This document shows, piece by piece, positions 58,290 through 64,000 of a DNA stretch of 64,000 nt. The stretch comes from Fonticula alba ATCC 38817 (taxonomy: Eukaryota; Protista; Nucleariida). The DNA is taken from assembly GCA_000388065.2 (NCBI GenBank), contig KB932204.1. The stretch is one strand, 5' to 3'. Numbering within the stretch: position 1 is the stretch's first letter; every line of letters starts with the position of its first letter. The translations under genes and the position numbers were made by a program. Below the pieces are notes generated by a model. That model saw only the letters and a program-made list of their open reading frames with translations. It was not told the origin of the DNA and ran no database searches.

Positions 58290-60153
58290 AGCGGTACTTC
58301 TGACCATGTGACTGGGGTTTTTATTTTGGCGCCCCCATGCGCCGGCTCCGAGTGCGCCCTCAATCCCCGGGGTGTCCGGGCACACTCGGGGGGGGGAGAC
58401 TCGCCCAGCGCGGAGGGTTGTTCCCCCTCTGGCATGGTGTATTTGAGGGTGTGCTGGGTCTGGGGATCGGTCGAAAAAGGAAACGCACGGCCTTTTCGAT
58501 CGGGCATTCTAGCAGCCACTGACAAAGGCAGCCCCCCCCGCCCCNNNNNNNNNNNNNNNNNNNNNNNNNNNNNNNNNNNNNNNNNNNNNNNNNNNNNNNN
58601 NNNNNNNNNNNNNNNNNNNNNNNNNNNNNNNNNNNNNNNNNNNNNNNNNNNNNNNNNNNNNNNNNNNNNNNNNNNNNNNNNNNNGGGGGGGGGGGGGGGG
58701 GGGGGGGGGGGGGAGAGGGAGGCCCGCGCGCGGGCGGCCATTGCGCCGGTCTTGCACCACACCCATAGTCGGCCGGGACGCCGGGCGCCAGAGCCCAGCC
58801 CCGTGCGTCGTCTGCCCGGCCGCCCCGGCCCTCCGCAAGTCATGGGCACAATACGGGCCGTTACCGGCCGAGGCAGCACGACTCCCGGGCGCGAGGGGAG
58901 GGCCTTCCAAGCGACGGCACATCGGAAGGTTCTGGCAAGTTGCCCTGGTGGCCGGGCCCGCTCGCCCGCGCGCATCGTCCGGCGGCGGCCACGCGCCGGC
59001 CCGGCGGCCGGGGAGCCGTGTGGAGCCTGCAAAGAGATGCGGTCCACCAAGGGCGGGCGGCCGCAGGGGGGAGGGGGGGGCCCAGGGCGGGCAGGGTTAT
59101 TAACACGCGCCCTCCGGGCGACGCCAAGCCGCGCGCCAGGAGCGAGGGGGCGGGGGGGGGGGCGGACAAGCGACCGTATCCCGCCGCGGCCTACCCCCGG
59201 CCCCTCGCTCCCTGTTTCCGCCCCTCCCTCCTCCTCTCCCCCTGGTGCGCACTAGCAGCACCTCCTTGGCGTGCGGGGGGAGATCCCCCCCCCTCGCCAG
59301 AGGCACATGCTGGAAGAGCACACACAGGCAGGCGCCGGGCCCAGGGCTCCGCGCCACACACACACACACGCGCGCGCGCGCGCGCGAGACGCCTGGCGTG
59401 CCAATCCTAAATACCAGCCCTCTAGATACTAGCCGGAGAGGCCCGCCCCCTCCGGCCGGGGGCGCGGCGGCCCTCTCTGCCCTCACCCGGCGCGGGCGGA
59501 CCGCGCCTCTGGCCGGCTGCGAGGACGCACGCGTACGCGGCCGTGGGCGAGCCCCCTCCCCTGGAGCGCGTTGTGGGGCGTACCGCAGGAAACCCGGCGA
59601 TGCAGGCGCGGATCTGCCCCGTAGACCGCGCCCTGGGGTGAGGTCGGCAAGGGCTCCTCCCCCCTCCCCCCCCCCCAGGTATGCGCCAATTTGACAGGGC
59701 ACGGAGGCACTCGCCCGCCCACCCGTCTGCACCCCATCCGGCGGCGCCCGCATCGTGCCCGAGATCGCCCCCGGCCCCCCCCCCCCCCCCCCCCCCCCCC
59801 TCTTGCCGCCCGGAACCTCACGCAGGACACCTCTCTCCACCAATCGGCTCTCCTGTCAGCTGATGATGAGCCCGAGCATCGCGCACGCCGTGGTCCGGCT
59901 CGACAAGTCGCTTTTTTTCTCCAACGCATAGAAAAATACACCCTCAGCTGGGGGGAAGAAAAAAAAAAGAGTGACAATAGTAATATACAAAGCATAGTTG
60001 TGTTTGTTTTCAATCAGTGGCTTCCCTCCGTGTGTGCCGGGGGAGGGGTGCGGGCGGCGGGGCACGCGGGCGCACATGGCCCACGAGCAGGGGGGACAAT
60101 GCGCGCGGTCATGCACATGTAGACGCTTATGTACCACCGCCAGCGCCCCCCGC

Positions 60154-61302
60154 TCAGGTGAAGATACCGCGCGCGGCGATCACCACGAAGATGGTGAGCG
60201 ACACACCGACAATCAGGAAGTACATGACGATGTCGGAGATGCGCAAAGCCAGACGCGCGCCGAACAGAGACCCGAGCACGCCGAAGGGCAAACTCAGCAG
60301 GAGCAAGTACAGGACATTGATGTCGTCCATGCCCTCGCGGCCGGGGAAGGTGAGAGTCATGGCAAACATGACCATGGTCATGATGAGGCAGCCAGTGCCG
60401 GCGGCCAGGCGGACCGGCGCATCCCACGCATTGACCAGGACATTGGAATAGAACATGCCGCCGCCGGCGTACAGGGTGCCGGACACGATCCCCAAGATGG
60501 AGTTGATGACAATGGTGATGCCGAAGCGCACCGGCCGGCGGGTCTGCGGCGACTGCGGCCCAAAGAGGGTGTCCTGCTCCGGGTAGAACCGAGCCACCAG
60601 GTACGCCCAAATGGACGCCCAGGAGGTGAAATCCACCGCGGACAGGGGAATGAGCGGCGGCCGGGGGGGCGCCGCGGCGACCGGGGCATCGGGATGGGCC
60701 TTGGCCTCGGCATCCGAGTCGTGCTCCGCCTCCGCCTCCTCCTCCGGCGAGGGGTGCTCCTCGCCATCCTCAGGCTGGTGGTTGACCGTGGCACCGGTGA
60801 TGGCCGGCGCGAGCAGGTCCTCATCGGCGGTCTGGCCGCTGGCGCCCGCGCCGAGCGACATGTCCGAGGTGTACTTGTGGCTGCCGCCGGCCGAGCCGAC
60901 GGTGCCCGACCCCTGGGTGGGGAGGTCATCCTGGGACGGGCTGCCGGAGTGCAGGAGGCTGGACTTCTCGGTGTAGACGATCGGCTCGTCGTCCTGCTCG
61001 TCGTCAGCCCCATTGCTGGCATGGTAGACATCCTCGGTTTGGGAGTCCCCCAGGAGCGGGGCCTCCTTGTCGGCCTCGGTGTCGGCGGCGGCGGCCTCAG
61101 CCTCGCGCTTGGCCTTGCGCTTGCGATACACGGCCAGGCAGCCACGAATGAGGAACTGCACGGCGATCATCAGCGGGACGAAGGACACCGCGGACTTGAG
61201 GGCATCCTGGTGGTTGAGGATGAAGTCCGCCAGAACAATGGACATGATGACCGTCAGGCAGAGGGACAGGCCGCCGAAGATGCCGGCGTACTTCCAGTCA
61301 AC
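60154..61302 (-). CDS. TauE/SafE (sulfite exporter, DUF81)-like membrane protein; last exon only, 5' part not found
   Basis: Splice acceptor cag precedes VDWKYAGIFGG and two TMs. A long acidic loop follows, then INSILGIVSGTLYAGGGMF..PVRLAAGTGCLIM..LSLPFGVLGSLFGARLALRI, matching the G-GGG / A-GT / G-GA pattern of TauE half-repeats. Confidence 0.75.
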   Translation of the reverse strand, partial: VDWKYAGIFGGLSLCLTVIMSIVLADFILNHQDALKSAVSFVPLMIAVQFLIRGCLAVYRKRKAKREAEAAAADTEADKEAPLLGDSQTEDVYHASNGADDEQDDEPIVYTEKSSLLHSGSPSQDDLPTQGSGTVGSAGGSHKYTSDMSLGAGASGQTADEDLLAPAITGATVNHQPEDGEEHPSPEEEAEAEHDSDAEAKAHPDAPVAAAPPRPPLIPLSAVDFTSWASIWAYLVARFYPEQDTLFGPQSPQTRRPVRFGITIVINSILGIVSGTLYAGGGMFYSNVLVNAWDAPVRLAAGTGCLIMTMVMFAMTLTFPGREGMDDINVLYLLLLSLPFGVLGSLFGARLALRISDIVMYFLIVGVSLTIFVVIAARGIFT

Positions 61303-61861
61303 CTGTGTGCCGGGAGGCGGGAGATTGGTCGATGGTGAGTGGCAGCAGGGGGCAGGGGGGGNNNNNNNNNNCCCCCCCCCCCCCCCCCCCCTGCTCGGGC
61401 ATCGTGAGTGGGGGGCCTCGGGGATTTCGTGCCAGCCAAAAAGTGTGCCATGTGTTTGATGAAGGGCCCGGGCCTTTGGCAGCGGGACGGGAAGGCCATC
61501 CCGATTGGATGTGGGCCATGCCCGGAGCCGGCATGCCCCCGCAACCAGCCCGGCGGCCTCGCCAAGACCGTGCATGCTCCACTGGCGCCCCAGCGGCCCC
61601 TTGTCGGAGGGAGACGCCTGGCCAAAGGGTTGCCTACTGGCGAGCAGCCGCATGCGTCCTGCCATCGCCCGCACAAGAGGGTGGCAGGGCCTTCGGCCGC
61701 CGGGCGTCAGCACACATCGCTGAACATCCGTGTGCTGGCGGCCTCCGATGGATGGGACTGCCCGCCAGGAGGTGCTGATGTGCCCAAGCCACGTCGCCCC
61801 CTTCCCTCGGTAGATTGCCGGGAATCTTGTGGATTTCCCCCGGTCCCTCTGGCACATCGAG

Positions 61862-61933
61862 TCCCGATTAGTATAGTGGTGAGAATCCCCGCCTGTCACG
61901 CGGGAGGCCCGGGTTCAATTCCCGGATCGGGAG
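61862..61933 (+). tRNA. tRNA-Asp(GTC)
   Basis: TCCCGATTAGTATAGTGGTGAGAATCCCCGCCTGTCACGCGGGAGGCCCGGGTTCAATTCCCGGATCGGGAG, followed by T6. Confidence 0.96.
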
Positions 61934-62823
61934 ATCTTTTTTGCACGATAATCATCCCCCTCAAGGGCGGCGGCCTCCTGGGGGGGAGAAGGGGAGGGAG
62001 AGAGGGAAGATCAAAAAGAGGGCAAAAGGAAGGGGACCAGACACACCGGCATGCGCCCATGATGATTCTCTGATGGCCGGGCGTTCGGAAGGGAGTGCGG
62101 CCGGGGATGCGGAAAGTCAGCGTGCGGCCCAGTGTTGCAGGACGTTTTGGTGTCCACGCACAAGGCTGTGCACCTGCTCTAGGGCTTCCTCTCGAACCCT
62201 TTTAATATTCGAGTTTCTGTTCTATTTTGCTCGCCCCGCTAACTCGCCCCTTGGTCGAGTTTCCCTTGTCTCGTCGCTAGTAATCTCGTCACCCTCCTGG
62301 TTCGGTACGCCCCCCCCTCATGCCCGAGCGGTCCCTAACCAGCAGCAGGATTTCCGGTATAGCCTCCGCCAAAGCTTCACTCCTTTGACGTAAGACTGGC
62401 CCCGTGAGAACCCTGCTACAGGGCGTGACCCGGCGCGCCTGGCGCGATCTGCCCACTCCACGCCGCCCAGTCACGTAACTGAGATTCGTCGCACGGTGTG
62501 TGATTCGTCTTGACCGATCGGCCCGGCGGCAGGCAAGCCAAAGGGCGGGGGGGGGGGGGGGGGCCCAGTGCACCCAAACGCAAGGGGCACAGGGGGCGGG
62601 CATGCCCCGGGCCCCCGGCCCCGGACTTACACCACACACCGGGGCCGCCAACCAAGTTTTGGGGATGATGATCTGAGCTCCAGCTCTTTTCTTCCGCTCC
62701 CTCACTCCCCCTGCCTTGCCTCCCCCTTCTCTTTCCCGCTTGCCTCTCTCTCTCCCTCTCTCCCCCCGGCCATCCGCTTGCCTGGCTGGCCTCACTCCTA
62801 CGCGGACACAGCCTTTTCGTTTG

Positions 62824-64000
62824 ATGCTTCGCTTGGCCCTCCGGGCTGGCGCAAGTGGCCCGGCCACCCGGGCGCGCTTTTCCTCTCGTGCCGGCGCCGA
62901 TGTGGCCGCCCCTTCGGGCCGGCAGCCACTGCCCGATGTGTCGCCTGCATCGGCCGAGTCGAGCATCCGCGCGGCACTCAACGGCTCCTTGAAGCTGGCT
63001 CGGCGGCATCTGTTCATTGTTTCCGGTGCGCAACCATCCGCCGAGTCCCTCATCGGCCGGGGCATTGGGCAGCGCTGGGGCCGCCATCGGTCCAGGGGAT
63101 CATGTTGCTCTGCGGCCTGTCTCACAATTCTCCCGCGCGCCTCCTCTTCCGCCTCCACGCACGCCGGTCGACCATGCGGCGTCTTTGTACATCCATGTGT
63201 GTGTGTGTGTAAAGAGGATGAGCCCACTTGGGCCAGCCATCCAAACGATACACATCCCCTGGCATCGGCCATCGGCGTGCAGCTCTTTCGCCAACGCGTG
63301 ACCGGGACCAATGTCTCGCTCTGCTGTCCGTCACCCTGCCAGGGCCCGGGTGCCGGGCATGCGCTGTTTCACCCGAATGACATCCTCCTCTTCCCGGAAG
63401 GGTGGCTTTTGCGACCGCGGCCGCGGCCGCCCACGGCCGCCCACGGCCACGATGAGATCCCAGCCAAAGCCGGCCCATTTGCCGAGGCGGCTCGTGAACT
63501 GGGCATGTGGTTGCGCAGTCCGCCGGCCCCGGGCCTGGAGCCGCCCGATGGCGTGCACTTCGACATCTTTGCCCTGTACGATGAGGCGCCTGGCTCGCAA
63601 GGGGACCTGGCCGCGGGCCGGGCGCCTCTCCCCCGGCCGCCCGGAGCCGCCACAGCCCTGCCCCTTGGAGATGTGTTTGTGTGCACACACAAGGCCCGTG
63701 ATGCGCGGTGTGGCTTTCGTGGCCGACCAGTGCGCGATGCGCTGAGCACCCGAGCGGCCGAGGCGCTCGCCGTGTCCGGCCGGCCGGCAGTCCGGGTGTG
63801 GTCCTCTACGCACTTGGGTCAGCACCACCTGGCCGGGATTTTGACGTGCGCACATTCCCCCCCCCCCCCACCATCAACCTATGGGAACCAACCCGCTCGG
63901 GTCCCTCCTCGCCCCTCGCCGGCTCTTTTTTTTTCCTCGGCCTCCAGCATGCCATGCACCCGCCATCGCGACTGACTGTGACAATGTCCCTCCCCCCCCC
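62824..64000 (+). CDS. Aim32/Apd1-like (sucrase-ferredoxin, thioredoxin-like [2Fe-2S]) protein, probably mitochondrial; continues beyond the window
   Basis: Presequence MLRLALRAGASGPATRARFSSR; HLFIVS|EDEPTW across intron 63026-63214; DILLFPEG; VFVCTHKARDARCG (C-x8-C at 63682/63709); STHLGQHHLAGI (H-x3-H at 63811/63823). An intron starts at 63846. Confidence 0.85.

Noticed and set aside
59861-59920. TGATGATGA followed by a T7 run, resembling a box C snoRNA or Pol III unit
   Set aside because: No CTGA box D or terminal stem; better explained as a possible coding exon or 3' UTR.
62190-62230. Hairpin with an 11-nt CCCTTTTAATA loop followed by ATTTTG, resembling U5 snRNA loop 1 plus an Sm site
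   Set aside because: The loop does not match the invariant GCCUUUUAY in register, and there is no outer U5 stem.

Overview
This is a GC-rich, intron-containing eukaryotic scaffold segment with seven N-gaps. The intron style and the furin-repeat/TKL receptor kinase suggest a Fonticula-like protist, but that is inference. There is no bacterial operon, CRISPR array or recognisable transposon. Gene order: PEX6-like AAA ATPase (+), MSH2 (+), RUN/coiled-coil/FYVE protein (+), MYND-like/PH/PH/REM/CDC25 RasGEF (+), adrenodoxin reductase (+), RNA Pol I/III subunit AC40 (+), aminoacylase-1 (-), a protein with three predicted beta-sandwich repeats (-), a pepsin-fold membrane protein with degenerate catalytic motifs and large Ser/Gly inserts (+), an unknown tail-anchored protein (-), six tRNA genes in strictly alternating orientation, a ~2,300-aa receptor-like kinase with ~18 furin-like repeats (+), tRNA-Thr, a 5'-incomplete TauE/SafE-like transporter (-), tRNA-Asp and an Aim32/Apd1-like [2Fe-2S] protein running off the window (+). 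Most long ORFs in the supplied track are antisense or GC artefacts or read through N-gaps. Gene coordinates are start-to-stop spans, with exon boundaries inferred by eye. I cannot claim a definitively new system. The best leads are the pseudo-protease, the receptor kinase, the alternating tRNA cluster and a few unannotated exon-like segments.
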